Shown: piece after piece, positions 39,080-53,396 of the stretch
How positions within the stretch are numbered: the first letter of the stretch is position 1
Layout: each line of letters opens with the position of its first letter
Source of the DNA: Macrostomum hystrix
Taxonomy: Eukaryota; Animalia; Platyhelminthes
Reading direction: 5' to 3'
Assembly: GCA_950097015.1 (NCBI GenBank)
Contig: CATNEN010000005.1
Location: 248,001 to 312,000, forward strand
Length of the DNA: 64,000 nucleotides
Position numbers and translations under genes: made by a program
Notes under the pieces: model-generated
Database searches by the model: none
What the model was told of the DNA's origin: nothing
What the model saw: the letters and a program-made list of their open reading frames with translations, nothing else

Positions 39080-39940
39080 ATGTTCATCAATCCTACCCTT
39101 CATCCTACATCAATCCCACCCTTCAGCCTACATCAATCCCACCCTTCATCCTACATCAATCCCACCATTCAGCCTACATCAATCCCACCCTTCAGCCTAC
39201 ATCAATCCCAACCTTCATCGTACATCAATCCCACCCTTCATCCTACATCGATCCCACCCTTCAGTCTACATCAATCCCACCCTTCAGCCTACATCAATCC
39301 CACCCTTCAGCCTACATCAATCCCACCCTTCAGTCTACATCAATCCCACCCTTCAGCCTACATCAATCCCACCCTTCAGCCTACATCAATCCCACCCTTC
39401 AGCCTACATCAATCCCACCCTTCATCCTACATCAATCCCACCCTTCAGCCTACATCAACCCCACCATTCAGCCTACATCAATCCCACCCTTCATCCTACA
39501 TCGATCCCACCCTTCAGTCTACATCAATCCCACCCTTCAGCCTACATCAATCCCACCCTTCAGCCTACATCAATCCCACCCTTCAGCCTACATCAATCCC
39601 AACCTTCATCGTACATCAATCCCACCCTTCATCCTACATCGATCCCACCCTTCAGCCTACATCAATCCCACCCTTCAGCCTACATCAACCCCACCATTCA
39701 GCCTACATCAATCCCACCCTTCAGCCTACATCAATCCCACCCTTCATCCTACATCGATCCCACCCTTCATCCTACATCGATCCCACCCTTCAGTCTACAT
39801 TAATCCCACCCTTCAGCCTACATCAATCCCACCCTTCAGCCTACATCAATCCCACCCTTCAGCCTACATCAATCCCACCCTTCAGCCTACATCAATACCA
39901 CCCTTCATCCTACAACAATCCCACCCTTCATCCTACATCA
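39080..39940. repeat. 23-bp minisatellite (tacatcaatcccacccttcagcc)n
   Basis: Direct tandem units. Confidence 0.95.
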
Positions 39941-40429
39941 ATCCTCGATCACAATGTATGTAAATTAGTATTTTATCACCGCATTTTCAGTTGTAGACTT
40001 AAAGTGCACTTTCAATCTTAACTGCAGTTGTGAAATAAATAAATTTTTAGACCAGTTTTCGTAACTTCCTGTCTTGTCGTCATTGGTAGTCACAATGATC
40101 ACAAAAACCTATTGGCCCTAGTATGGTTCATGAAACTTATATTGCGTTGCATTACTTATATTGTAAAACTGAATCTTAAAGCACACACTTTTTATTCGTG
40201 TTTTAATCTTCTACGTCTTATATTTCAATGATACACCTATTTTACATGTAGAGCAGTCTGAAATCTTATTGTTGGTAAGTGACTTCTAAATTATTTTTTA
40301 TCGGTATTGTTGTGTCGCTGATTTAATTCGTTCAGACGTTGTTTGCTTTTTTAGGTGTTATTGTTCCTTTAAATATTGAAAATGGCTGTCTACACCATAT
40401 AGATTTGTCTCACTTCGCAAAATCAATCT

Positions 40430-41920
40430 CAACCTACATCTCACCCTTAGATGTCACATTTCTCACCCTCTATCTCACCCTTATGTATCTAGCTTCTCAC
40501 CCTCTATCTCACCCTTATGTATCTAGCTTCCCACCCTCTATTTCACCCTTATGTATATAGCTTCTCACCCTACATCTCACCCTTATGTTTCTAGCTTCTC
40601 ACCCTACATCTCACCCTTATGCATCTAGCTTCTCACTCTCTATCTCACCCTTATGTATCTAGCTTCTCACCCTCTATCTCACCTTTATGTATCTAGCTTC
40701 TCACCCTACATCTCACCCTTATGTATCTAGCTTCTCACCCTACATCTCACCCTTATGTTTCTAGCTTCTCACCCTACATCTCACCCTTATGCATCTAGCT
40801 TCTCACTCTCTATCTCACCCTTATGTATCTAGCTTCTCACCCTCTATCTCACCCTTATGTATCTAGCTTCTCACCCTACATCTCACCCTTATGTATCTAG
40901 CTTCTCACCCTCTACCTCACCCTTATGTATCTGGCTTCTCACCCTACATTGCACTCTTATGTATCTAGCTTCACACCCTCTACCTCACCTTTATGTATCT
41001 AGGTTCTCACCCTCTATCTCACCTTTATGTATCTAGGTTCTCACCCTCTATCTCACCTTTATGTATCTAGGTTCTCACCCTCTATCTCACCTTTATGTAT
41101 CTAGCTTCTCACCCTCTACCTCACCCTTATGTATCTAGCTTCTCACCCTCTACCTCACCCTTATGTATCTAGCTTCTCACCCTCTACCTCACCCTTATGT
41201 ATCTGGCTTCTCACCCTACATTGCACTCTTATGTATCTAGCTTCACACCCTCTACCTCACCTTTATGTATCTAGGTTCTCACCCTCTATCTCACCTTTAT
41301 GTATCTAGGTTCTCACCCTCTATCTCACCTTTATGTATCTAGGTTCTCACCCTCTATCTCACCTTTATGTATCTAGCTTCTCACCCTCTACCTCACCCTT
41401 ATGTATCTAGCTTCTCACCCTCTACCTCACCCTTATGTATCTAGCTTCTCACCCTCTACCTCACCCTTATGTATCTGGCTTCTCACCCTACATTGCACTC
41501 TTATGTATCTAGCTTCACACCCTCTACCTCACCTTTATGTATCTAGGTTCTCACCCTCTATCTCACCTTTATGTATCTAGGTTCTCACCCTCTATCTCAC
41601 CTTTATGTATCTAGGTTCTCACCCTCTATCTCACCTTTGTGTATCTAGCTTCTCACCCTCTACCTCACCCTTATGTATCTAGCTTCTCACCCTACATCTC
41701 ACCCTTATGTATCTAGCTTCTCACCCTACATCTCACCCTTATGTATCTAGCTTCTCACCCTACATCTCACCCTTATGTATCTAGCTTCTCACCCTACATA
41801 TCACCCTTATGTATCTAGCTTCCCACCCTCTATTTCACCCTTATGTATCTCGATTCTCACCCTACATCTCACCCTTATGTATCTAGGTTCTCACCCTACA
41901 TCTCACCCTCATCTATCTCG
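40430..41920. repeat. 34-bp minisatellite (atctcacccttatgtatctagcttctcaccctac)n
   Basis: Direct tandem units with variant blocks. Confidence 0.95.
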
Positions 41921-42709
41921 CTTCTCCCCCTCCCGTTCCACACCCTTAACTGAACCGCATTCTTTTCATCCCATTGGGAGGAACTTTGTTCAGTGATTCT
42001 GAACTGAACACTATTTGTGTGCACACAGTCTTTCTGACCGCTGTTAAATGTAAGTCTTTAACATGCGTACATTCCTTGGTCCTCTCTCCCCCCAAAAAAG
42101 CCTCGACTTTTTGACAAAAAAAACTTTCTCGCACCTCCCTTACTTCTTGATCCTCAAAGTGAATTCCTGAAGGTTTCTAAGTCAATTCCTATTTATTTCA
42201 GTCTCTCTCCTTATTCGCTTTCTACCCTATATGTTTGACTATGATTCGCCTCTCGGCTTCATAGAAATATTGTGGTGTATTTGATGAAGCAGGATTGGCT
42301 GCTGCTGCTGCTGCGAAGCCTAAATTCCCCCAATTCGTTATGGGGACAAGGGATTCAGGCGGGGAAGGTTGAATATTGGGAAGAATTATTTAAGCTTGAA
42401 GCTTTAAGCAAGTCCGCATTGCTTTACTTTTCATTTTAAAACATTTTCATTTTGCTTGTCTCTACGCTGCTTTCAAATTTAGGCGAACGTGTTCTGAAAG
42501 AAACACAATTGTTCCCCCCTTTTTTCGCAGGACATTATCGACGCCTGCCGCTGTCCTACTAGAATCGAATCTGACTGGTTTGTACATACTATTCATTTTG
42601 TGATCTGTAGTATGTCATACATTTTCTATTTGTATTTTAGGCAGTGGAATTTCAGAAGGGATTCGGATTGGCATCTTATAGAGTTTGTGATTGGAATTCC
42701 ATTGGGTTT

Positions 42710-43200
42710 GGGTTTAGGATTGGGATTTTATTGTGTTTAGGTTAGGATTGGGATTTTATTGGGTTTAGGATTGGGATTTTATTGGGTTTAGGATTGGGAT
42801 TTTATTGTGTTTAGGTTAGGATTGGGATTTTATTGGGTTTAGGATTGGGATTTTATTGGGTTTAGGATTGGGATTTTATTGGGTTTAGATTAGGATTGGG
42901 ATTTTATTGGGTTTAGGTTAGGATTGGGATTTTATTGGGTTTAGGATTGGGATTTTATTGGGTTTAGGATTGGGATTTTATTGGGTTTAGATTAGGATTG
43001 GGATTTTATTGGGTTTAGGATTGGGATTTTATTGAGTTTGAAATTGGGATTTTATTGGGTTTAGTATTGGGATTTTTTTGTGTTTAGGTTAGGATTGGGA
43101 TTTTATTGGGTTTAGGATTGGGATTTTATTGTGTTTAGGTTAGGATTAGGATTTAATGGGGTTTAGGATTGAGATTTCATAGAGTTTGGGGTTTGGGATT
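42710..43200. repeat. About 23-bp G/T-rich minisatellite (ttaggattgggattttattgggt)n
   Basis: Direct tandem units. Confidence 0.9.
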
Positions 43201-43436
43201 TTAATAGTTTGACGCTGGGATTTTTTGGTTTAGCTACAGGGTTATATAGGTCAACTAATTGTATCTCGATGAAGATTATCTAACAAAAGCTGCGTACAGC
43301 TGTTCAGTCCATGGACTGGAGGGTAAGGTGGCTACGTCCACCAAAATTTCCATCTCACAGCTAATATTTCGGGGGAAAAATCACAGTTAGTTGAGTTTAT
43401 TAACTAATCGCCCGTAACCATGGCAACCTATTCCAG

Positions 43437-46400
43437 CCGCCAGCGCCTACGCAGCTCACTGCCATCAGAATTAGACTGCGGCGGTGATTTCTATCGTCAG
43501 TCGCAATCGGACAATCCGATGGAATCTTTTGGCCAACCAGCCGATGTGGATTCGGCAGATGCTGCTGCGGCAATAAAACTTTCCCTGTCATCTTCCGCGT
43601 CAACTTCTTCGTCCGGTTCATCGTCATCAGGCATCCTGTCTGGCTCCCTGATTGCTAAGGATCGTTGTGGAAAATCGACACAGGACGCTGACGAGAATGA
43701 CAATAAAAAATCTGGCGAGGAAGATCGATCTGAGGATTCTACTCAGACGGAGGAGGAAATCACCGAGGAGCTTGTTAAAGTTGACGGCGTACTTTATAAA
43801 CGGCGCGTTCTTCGGCGAAGGCGCCAGAAAGTAGTCCGAACTCGTACGGTGGTGTCGTCCGCTCAGCCCCCGGTTCTGGGTCCTGCGACAAACACTTCGA
43901 CTGCTGCTGCTGCTGCTGCTGCTGCTTGCGCCAGTAGTACAACTAAAGGATCGAGTAGCACCGCCAATAGGTTGGAAGATGGTGCTGTTGTTTTAAGAAG
44001 GCCCGAAGCTGCAGCTGAACAGAATCGTTTGGGTGAGTTATGTTTCTAAATGGTTTCTTGGAATGCTTCTAAATGGTTTCTTGGAATGTTTCTAAATGGT
44101 TTCTTAGAATGTTTCTAAATGGTTTGTTAAATGTTTCTAAATGGTTTCTTAGAATGTTTCTAAATGGTTTCCTAGAATGTTTCTAAATGGTTTCTTAGAA
44201 TTTTTTAAATGGTTTCTTAAAATGTTTCTAAATGGTTTCTTAGAATGTTTCTAAATGGTTTCTTAGAATGTTTCTAAATGGTTTCCTAGAATGTTTCTAA
44301 ATGGTTTTTTAGAATGCTTCTAAATGGTTTCTTAGAATGATTAGGGTAAGATTTTAAGAATCTGACAACCGATGATTAGGGTGAGATTTTGAGAAACTGC
44401 CGACCGATGATTAGGGTGAGATTTTTAGAATCTGCTAACCGATGATTAGGGTGAGATTTTGAGAAATTGCGAACCAATAATTAGGGTGAGATTTTGAGAA
44501 TCTGCTAACCGATGATTAGGGTGAGATTTTGAGAAACTGCGAACCGATGATTAGGGTGAGATTTTGAGAAACTGCCAACCGATGATTAAGGTGAGATTTT
44601 GAGAAACTGCCAACCGATGATTAAGGTGAGATTTCGAGAAACTGCCAACCGATGATTAGGGTGAGATTTTGAGAATCTGCTAACCGATGATTAGGGTGAG
44701 ATTTTGAGAATCTGCCAACCGATTATTAGGGTGAGATTTTGAGAATCTGCCAACCGATGATTAAGGTGAGATTTTGAGAATCTGCCAACCGATGATTAAG
44801 GTGAGATTTTGAGAAACTGCAAACCGATGATTAGGGTGAGACTTTGAGAAACTGCCAACCGATGATTAGGGTGAGATTTTGAGAAACTGCCAACCGATTA
44901 TTAGGGTGAGATTTTGAGAATCTGCCAACCGATGATTAGGGTGAGATTTTGAGAAACTGCCAACCGATGATTAGGGTGAGATTTTGAGAAACTGCCAACC
45001 GATTATTAGGGTGAGATTTTGAGAATCTGCCAACCGATGATTAGGGTGAGATTTTGAGAATCTGCCAACCGATGATTAGGGTGAGATTTTGGGAAACTGC
45101 CAACCGATGATTAGGGTGAGATTTTGAGAATCTGCCAACCGATGATTAAGGTGAGATTTCGAGAAACTGCCAACCGATGATTAGGGTGAGATTTTGAGAA
45201 TCTGCCAACCGATGATTAAGGTGAGATTTCGAGAAACTGCCAACCGATGATTGGGGTGAGATTTTGAGAATCTGCCAACCGATGATTCGGGTGAGATTTT
45301 AAGAAACTGCCAACCGATGATTAGGGTGAGATTTTGAGAAACTGCCAACCGATTATTAGGGTGAGATTTTGAGAAACTGCCAACCGATTATTAGGGTGAG
45401 ATTTTGAGAAACTGCCAACCGATGATTAGGGTGAGATTTTGAGAAACTGCCAACCGATGATTAGGGTGAGATTTTGAGAAAATGCCAACCGATGATTAGG
45501 GTGAGATTTTGAGAAAATGCCAACCGATGATTAGGGTGAGATTTTGAGAAACTGCCAACCGATGATTAGGGTGAGATTTTGATAATCTGCCAACCGATGA
45601 TTCGGGTGAAGTTGATTTAACAGTATTTTCTATACTTATAAAAAATTTCTTCCTCTCTTGAGGTTCCACTCTTTGCCCCAGTTAAGATGCATGGATTTAA
45701 TCGATTGAAAACATAAACCTGTTTACCCAGCATAGATTTATTTATTTAAGAAACGGCAGAAATTATTTCACGGATTTTTTGTTGGATTATAACTCGGACA
45801 GTTATAAGCAGCTTAGTGTTTGACCTTCACTTTTCTTTTTTGATTCGATTTGAGCAGAAAAACGTCCTGTGTAAGCAGAGAGCAAGCTTAATAAAGTTTG
45901 GCTTTTATATTTTCAAAGAAGAAAATAGAAATTTGAGAACAACTTTGCCCTCTTCATATTTTATTCTCAGACAACATAGGATTTTATCTGTATATTGTAT
46001 TTACCAGATAAACTTGCGTTAACATTAATCTAAATGTACTAAGAATAGGTTTGATAATACTAATAATAATTGATTATACCTGCCCAAATCTGGCCAGTTG
46101 TACCGCCGCAGCTATTGCGCGGCGCATCTGAAGGCTGCGTACGACTGTTCAGTCCATGGACTGGGGTGACGCCATCCCTACCCTCAATTACCCCCAGCTG
46201 ATGCTGGTACCCAGCTTGAACTAATGCAGTGCAGAGTTAAAGTGTCTGGCTAAGTGTCTGCCCATTTCGCTGACTCGTGAGCACACGCTCACACAGGTGT
46301 GTACAACTGCCCTGACTTTCTCATCGTCAGGCAGTGTACACTCTCACTGTGCCTTGGAGGTTGGCCCTGAATGGCGTAAATTGCACGACAAGCCCCCAAA

Positions 46401-49400
46401 GCCTTCTCTCCGCGGCTGCGCCCCAAATGAATATGGCCTCGCCGCGGAATCGAACTCAGGGACCTTGGCGCGAGAGGCAGACGCGTTAACTGACACCGAC
46501 ACCGACCCCCTAGCCACTCCTTCAAGATCCAATAGGTATTCAATTCGACGATTATATATTTGATATTCTATTTAGGACCGAATGAGTCATCACAATAATA
46601 ATCCCCTTGGCCTAGCACATTGTGTATAGCACTATTATCCCAACTGTTACCTTGACTGCTAAGGAGGTCAATCCGGGGCAATTCTTCCCCAGCCTAAGCT
46701 TTCTCCCACTCTCCGCCTGTCTGTTAATGTCTGTCTGTCTTCTTTTATCTACCTCTGCTAGCCTGCCGATCTACTATGTAGAGTGTTTCGTACATAGCGT
46801 ATTCCCTGCCAACCAACTAGGCCCTCACAATACCGTTAGAGGCTGTATTGACTGTGTGGAATAGGAAATTCATGTGTGTGTGTGTGCGTGCTTTCGTCTT
46901 TCATTACTGATTTGGAAATTAAAAACAGCTGACATAACTTCTCTTAATATAATATAATATAATAACGATAATAAAATATAATGTCAAGTGACAGACTTAC
47001 TGAATCGACTAATTTAAATAGACTAAAATTTGATTTAGACAACGACCAAAAAACAGACATAAAATATTAATAAACACGAAATAGACCTCAATTACCCATT
47101 TAAGCATATAATGACAGATTTCTAGAACCGGACAATACTAAATTAACAATATTCTAACTCTGTCACAAAGAAAATGCTTCGAGAGAGAAAGCGAAAAAAT
47201 CGAAGTTAAAATTTTTTTAGTTTAGAAAATTCTCTACATTATCGGGTTCATACAGGATGTGGCCTATGGCCCACTGCTTGTGAATATTGATTCACACACA
47301 CACGCATCCAGATCTCAAGACTTTTAGCGTAAGCAGAAGAAACAGCAAGACGTGGCATTGGCACGAACAGACTAATAAAGAACATGACGAGTAAATAATT
47401 CGATGCCTGAATATTCAGACAGGAAGTGAGTCGACTACATGCTGTGCAGCTCGCGATTTGATGGATTTATCCTGTTGTTTTTTTCTTATTACTGTTAGAC
47501 GTGTAGAATTAATTAGCTTTATTTAGTTGGATGATGAAAATTGTCGCGTTCTATTAAGCTTTGCTATGAGTCTGTTCACTAGCTGTTACTACAAATAATA
47601 GAGACGACTTTCTGATTGTGTTATTTTGCTATATTCTGATTACTAGTTATGAAATGGAATTTTGCCGGGCCGTCTTTTGGCTATAAATAAGTTTTCGATT
47701 ACCTCTCTGCTTTGCGCATATTTTTGGACCGTCAAATTTTTAATGCATAATAATGCCTTTCTTTCACTTTTTCTCCATCCCCTCTACTTTATCTTCTTTA
47801 TCTACATATCCCTCTTACTAACTCCCACTCCCTCACTTCCTCTCCCTCACCCACTCTCCTTCACTCCCTCTCCCTCACTCCCTGTCCTTCTCTCCCTCAC
47901 TCCCTCTCCCTCACCCACTCTCCTTCACTCCCTCTCCCTCACTCCCTGTCCTTCTCTCCCTCACTCCCTCTCCCTCACCCACTCTCCTTCACTCCCTCTC
48001 CCTCACTCCCTGTCCTTCTCTCCCTCACTCCCTCTCCCTCACCCACTCTCCTTCACTCCCTCTCCCTGTCCTTCACTCCCTCTCCCTCACTCCCTCTCCT
48101 TCTCTCCCTCACTCCCTCTCCCTCACCCACTCTCCTTCACTCCCTCTCCCTCACTCCCTCTCCTTCTCTCCCTCACTCCCTCTCCCTCACCCACTCTCCT
48201 TCACTCCCTCTCCTTCTCTCCCTCACTCCCTCTCCCTCACCCACTCTCCTTCTCTCCCTCACTCCCTCTCCCTCACCCACTCTCCTTCACTCCCGCTCCT
48301 TCTCTCCCTCACTCCCTCTCCCTCACCCACTCTCCTTCACTCCCTCACTCCCTCTCCCTCACTCCCTCTCCTTCTCTCCCTCACTCCCTCTCCCTCACCC
48401 ACTCTCCTTCACTCCCTCTCCTTCACTCCCTCTCCTTCACTCCCTCTCCTTCACTCCCTCTCCTTCACTCCCTCTCCTTCACTCCCTCTCCTTCACTCCC
48501 TCTCCTTCACTCCCTCTCCTTCACTCCCTCTCCTTCACTCCCTCTCCTTCACTCCCTCTCCTTCACTCCCTCTCTAAGCTAAGCTAAACTAATATGTGTG
48601 TTTTTTCGCTAAATTTAAAATACAATATATGATTTAAAATGTACACCTAAATGATAAATTAAAGTACTTCAAATATTCGCGAACCAAATCCTGGAACAGT
48701 AATTGGATTATAAAGCTTTCCCGTCAGATTCGAATCGAAAAATGTAAAAAAATGGTTCGGTTAACATCTGGTTAAAAAAATTATTGCCATCTGGTGGACT
48801 GCTAGTATTTCGGCGAAATGTTGAATATTTATTTTTTCTGCTTCCATTGGTGCCGTCGATTTAAAAAATGATTTTAAAAACCAAGAAGGATTTGTTTTGC
48901 GAAAAATTTGCGATAATATTTGCAGGTTCTTGAGTTCGAATATTAAATCAAGAAAGGAGCCATTAACCTAGCTGTCAGCTGGGGTAGAGATTGGGGAGTG
49001 TCTAACAGTCTTCCCAGTACAGGGACTTAACATTAGAACTAACCATTTTTGTGCTGCACCCGAACGGAACAACGCAAGCACACGAAACCCAAGAACACGG
49101 ACCAACTTTTTGTTGCGCATCTTCTGAATCAAGAATCATGTCGCCAGCTCTTCAGACCGTCGAGATATTCAATGGCTCTGGCCGAAGGTCTGCGCCTCAG
49201 TGCGGCCTTGCCAGGCCTTCAAAATTTATCAGCATGTCACCCGAATGTGCTTGAATCATCTCCGTCTTCGGTGGTCACCTATACCTTTATCTAGACAGAT
49301 TTGGTTGACCTTCAAGGGCTACAACAGTTGGCCACAATGGACACCGTGACGCGAATTTCTCCAATTTCACTGATGAAGCCTAAATATTAGGCGCAGCTCA

Positions 49401-52400
49401 ACCACAGTACACCATCGACTAGTCTGAAAATAATTTCAAGGGGAGTAAATCCCTTGGTATAACAACGGGTGGCAAAATGGCTTGGTAGTCCTACTGTTAA
49501 ATGCTGTACATCTGGCTCCTCACTTAATCCGCATGAAAAACTCTTTCTAATTCTCCAGTGACGCAGTACATGCTAGCCCTCGGCGACAGCCGAGGCGTCG
49601 GCGGAAGCGGCGGTAGCGGTGGTCGCGACGATCTAATGCTGATTGACTTCAGCCGGCACTCGGCCATAGAATCATTCGATCTCAGTAGGGCCAGATGGCG
49701 TCAATTATTGTCGGCCGCTGAGACTGACTCAAACTCGGACCAGCAGCTCAACGGTCAGGAGCGCACCAGGACTGTCTGTCTGGTGTCCGAGCAGCAGGAA
49801 CTGGAACCCGGTCGGCTGTTTGTTCAACGCAGCGCCACAGTCAGTCGGACTGTGCGTCAGCCTGGCGGCGTCACCGCGGCATCTCCGTCGTCTGCTTCCG
49901 CTGCCTCGTCGACGACAGCGTCTGTCGCCGTTGAAACTGTACTGCCGCCTCATTGTCAGGAGGATCTGTGCGATCTATTAGTTTGGGACACTGCCAACGC
50001 TAATCACGCTACTAATAGTAGTAGCGGCGGTGGCGACGATTGCATTCTGGTTAGAGGCGGCCCGCTGGACGCCCTGCTAGTATACGCCTGCCTGCCAGGC
50101 AACGATAGGCCGCATATTCTGTTCTGCGAGAGTTTCGCTGCCACATTTCCCTGCTTCGCTAAGCCGACCGACTTGCTAACTAAGATTGTGGAACGCTGCT
50201 TGCATTTTAAGGTGATGCTGACAAAAATATATATTTTTAGTTTCGAAAGTAAACCAAGCTTTATCATTTCTAATAAGTATTTAGGATTTACCTTTTGGAG
50301 TCTAGAACTCCGATTTTTAATTAGTTCATGGATAGTCGAAAGTTTACAAAAGGTGGTTAAGAGCCTTCTGGAATTCCCTATGCAGGTCATGATGATTTGG
50401 CATTTCCCAACGAGTATTTTGAGGAGTCGATATTTCCCGATGAGTATTTTTAGAGTTCTGGAATTCCGAATAAGCATTTATAAGATTCGGAAATTCCCAA
50501 TCGGTATATTAAGAATTTTGGAATTTCCAACAATTATTTTAAGAAATTCGGAATTTCCAACGAGTTCCGAGCTTGAAAAAATGTTACAAAAAAATATTTT
50601 TTATCGGAAATTTCCTATGAGTATTTTTGGATTTGGGAATTCCCAACGTCTATTTTTAGGATTTGGGAATTCCCCCATTGTCTTTATTATTGTAGATTAG
50701 TGAAGAACTTCTTAAAGAAACTCTTGTATCATTTTATAAAAGTGGTTTAATTGTCTATGGTCCAAACCTTCAACGCACCAATCTGCGCGCAGACCAAAGG
50801 CAACAAGGAGACACTGTGGAAGTCCTCATTCGCCTTTCTCATTCGAGTACTGGACGAGTCTACTCAGCAGGATCGCCAGCGCCGGCTTAACAACAATGAA
50901 ACTGGCGAGTCCAGCGTTGAAAACACCTCAGCTAGACTCATGAATCAGCTGGCGTTATTGAAACAGCGTCTGTTAGCCGACGGAAATTTGGCCGAGGTGC
51001 AGATACTTGGCAGCGCTCTGCACTGTCTAAGCGAAGAAGTCGACCAACAGACGATGTCAATTCCAAGCGCGCCTGCTGCTGCTGCTGATTCTGGCTTATC
51101 ACTGCGGCGGCGAAGTATATTAGAATTCGGACCGAAACAAGTGGCGGAGCAAATCACACTTTTGGATGCTCAACTGTATCGCCGGATCGACATACAGGTG
51201 AGAATAAAATTTTGAAGTGACTAGGATGAGATTTTGAAGAAGTTTGAATATGATTTGAGATGACTAAAATGAGTTTTAGAAGTAGCTTGGATGACATTTT
51301 GAAGTAACTAAGGATGAGATTTTGGAGTAACTATAGGGTGAGATTTTGAAGTAGCTAGGGTGAGATTTTGAAGTAGCTAGGGTGAGATTTTTAAGTAGCT
51401 AGGGTGAGATTTTGAAGTAGCTAGGGTGAGATTTTGAAGTAACTAGGGTGAGATTTTGAAGTAACTAGGTGTGGTTTTCAGCGTGTTTACATGTAAAATA
51501 AACTTCTTTAAAGTGTATTATTTGAATTTGTGATTCAAAAGTCTATTTCACTTTTTACCGACCGTCCCCCCGCCTCCGTCTCATTGCTCAGGAGTATTTA
51601 GCCTTCGTCCGTGCGCGATCCGGCGAACAATTCGCCAATCTGCAGGCGTTTATCAATTTCTTCAATCGGCTTGGCTTCTGGGTGAAGACCCTCATACTGG
51701 GCCGGCCCAGCGACAGGATGCGCGACAGGCAGCGCCAAATGAGCTTCTTCTGCAAAGTGGCCGAAGAATTACGCAGACATCACAATTTCAATTCGCATCT
51801 GGCTATTGTGCTGTGCTTAGTTAGCCTAGACCGACTGCCATGGCCTGGTACGCTTCAGTTTTTTCATTTATTTTGTCAAGTACGCGAGTACTTATTTAAG
51901 TACGCGAGTACTCAATAAAGTATGCGAGTACTTATTCAAGTACGCAAGTACTTAATCAAGTATGCGAGTACTTCCGTTTTCGCTCCTCAGGTCGCTCGGT
52001 GCGCCGCAAATTAAAAGACTTTACAAGCCGTTTGGCCAATCAGTCCGCGTTCGCCCGCGAATATTTTCGCAACATGAGCACCACTGAACCGCCTCTGGTG
52101 CCTCACGTTGGTGAAGTTTTGAAATACCTAACCAGGATACACGAGGGCGTCATTGGCAACGACGAGATTCGCCAATTGCCAGCTAATTATCCGGTTGAGA
52201 GGGCCAAGTCGATCGGCCCAGTGATCAACTATTGGAAGTACTGGATGTCATTCAACTGCCTGGACTTTTGCATCAAGTTCAAGCGATACTCTGCAAACTC
52301 GATGTGAGTTGATCTGTCTCATTCCCTGCCCTCTCACCCTGAGCCTTCAGTGACACACCATACCCTCTCACCCTGAGCCTTCAGTGACACACCCTACCCT

Positions 52401-53396
52401 CTCACCCTGAACCTTCAGTGACACACCATACCCTCTCACCCTGAACCTTCAGTGACACATCCTACCCTCTCACCCTGAGCCTTCAGTGACACATCCTACC
52501 CTCTCACCCTGAGCCTTCAGTGACACATCCTACCCTCTCACCCTGAGCCTTCAGTGACACATCCTACCCTCTCACCCTGAGCCTTCAGTGACACATCCTA
52601 CCCTCTCACCCTGAGCCTTCAGTGACACATCCTACCCTCTCACCCTGAGCCTTCAGTGACACATCCTACCCTCTCACCCTGAGCCTTCAGTGACACATCC
52701 TACCCTCTCACCCTGAGCCTTCAGTGACACATCCTACCCTCTCACCCTGAGCCTTCAGTGACACATCCTACCCTCTCACCCTGAGCCTTCAGTGACACAT
52801 CCTACCCTCTCACCCTGAGCCTTCAGTAGCACATCCTACCCTCCCAACCTGAACCTTCAGTAAGTCACCCTACCCTCTCACCCTGAACCTTCAGTGACAC
52901 CCTACCCTCTCATCCTGAACCTTCAGTGACACACCCTACCCTCTCACCCTGAACCTTCAGTGACACATCCTACCCTCTCATCCTGAACCTTCAGTGACCC
53001 GCCCTACCCTCTCACCTGAACCTTCAGTAGCACATCCTACCCTCCCAACCTGAACCTTCAGTAGCACATCCTACCCTCCCAACCTGAACCTTCAGTAAGT
53101 CACCCTACCCTCCCACCCTGAACCTTCAGTAAGTCACCCTACCCTCCCAACCTGAACCTTCAGTAAGTCACCCTACCCTCCCACCCTGAACCTTCAGTGA
53201 CACATCTATGCCACACTGAATACTTATGGATTGCTAATCTATGCCACCTTCTTTCCACCTAAACAGGTACTACGACTTTCAGAGAAATGAGGAAATTCTA
53301 GCCAGCATTGACAATTTCAGTCAGTCGCTAGACGAATCTCAGCTAGCAGATTTGGATACAGAAATTCGACACAAATACAGCCATAGGCCGAAATAG
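43437..53396 (+). CDS. RAPGEF1: Rap guanine nucleotide exchange factor C3G/RAPGEF1-like (Ser-rich linker, REM and CDC25 GEF domains)
   Basis: Exons about 43437-44032, 49559-50211, 50793-51197, 51592-51847, 51991-52303 and 53267-53396 (TAG). The joins from 44032 onward are frame-consistent. REM: VRGGPLDALLVYA...LFCESFAATF. CDC25: QVAEQITLLDAQLY, FFNRLGFWVKTLIL, HHNFNSHLAI, VPHVG, INYWKYW, YYDFQRNEEI. Confidence 0.85.
44040..44340. repeat. 23-bp minisatellite (tttctaaatggtttcttagaatg)n starting next to a splice donor
   Basis: Direct tandem units. Confidence 0.9.
44340..45610. repeat. 35-bp minisatellite (gattagggtgagattttgagaaactgccaaccgat)n
   Basis: Direct tandem units containing TTAGGG. Confidence 0.95.
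46106..46250 (-). mobile_element. SINE family A, 3' half, abutting a family B copy
   Basis: Nearly identical to 533-680. Confidence 0.7.
46255..46500 (-). mobile_element. tRNA-derived SINE family B
   Basis: Reverse complement: gttaacgcgtctgcctctcgcgccaaggtccctgagttcgattccgcggcgaggcc plus a body shared with 59033-59315. Confidence 0.7.
47820..48575. repeat. CT-rich array, ~14-bp core (ttcactccctctcc)n
   Basis: Direct tandem units. Confidence 0.9.
49031..49496 (+). mobile_element. MITE family TTAA-CAGTAG, internally deleted copy
   Basis: TTAA-CATTAGAACT ... GTAGTCCTACTG-TTAA, with a shared interior. Confidence 0.8.
51230..51470. repeat. 22-bp minisatellite (gggtgagattttgaagtagcta)n
   Basis: Located in the RapGEF intron after 51197. 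Confidence 0.85.
51875..51975. repeat. 20-bp palindromic mini-array (aagtacgcgagtacttattc)n
   Basis: About 5 units in a 143-bp intron. Confidence 0.8.
52325..53200. repeat. 34-bp minisatellite (ccctctcaccctgagccttcagtgacacatccta)n
   Basis: Fills the last RapGEF intron. Confidence 0.95.

Noticed and set aside
50212-50700. C-terminal half of the 380-aa ORF 49558-50700
   Set aside because: This is read-through into an intron with degenerate repeats; REM homology resumes at exon 50793.
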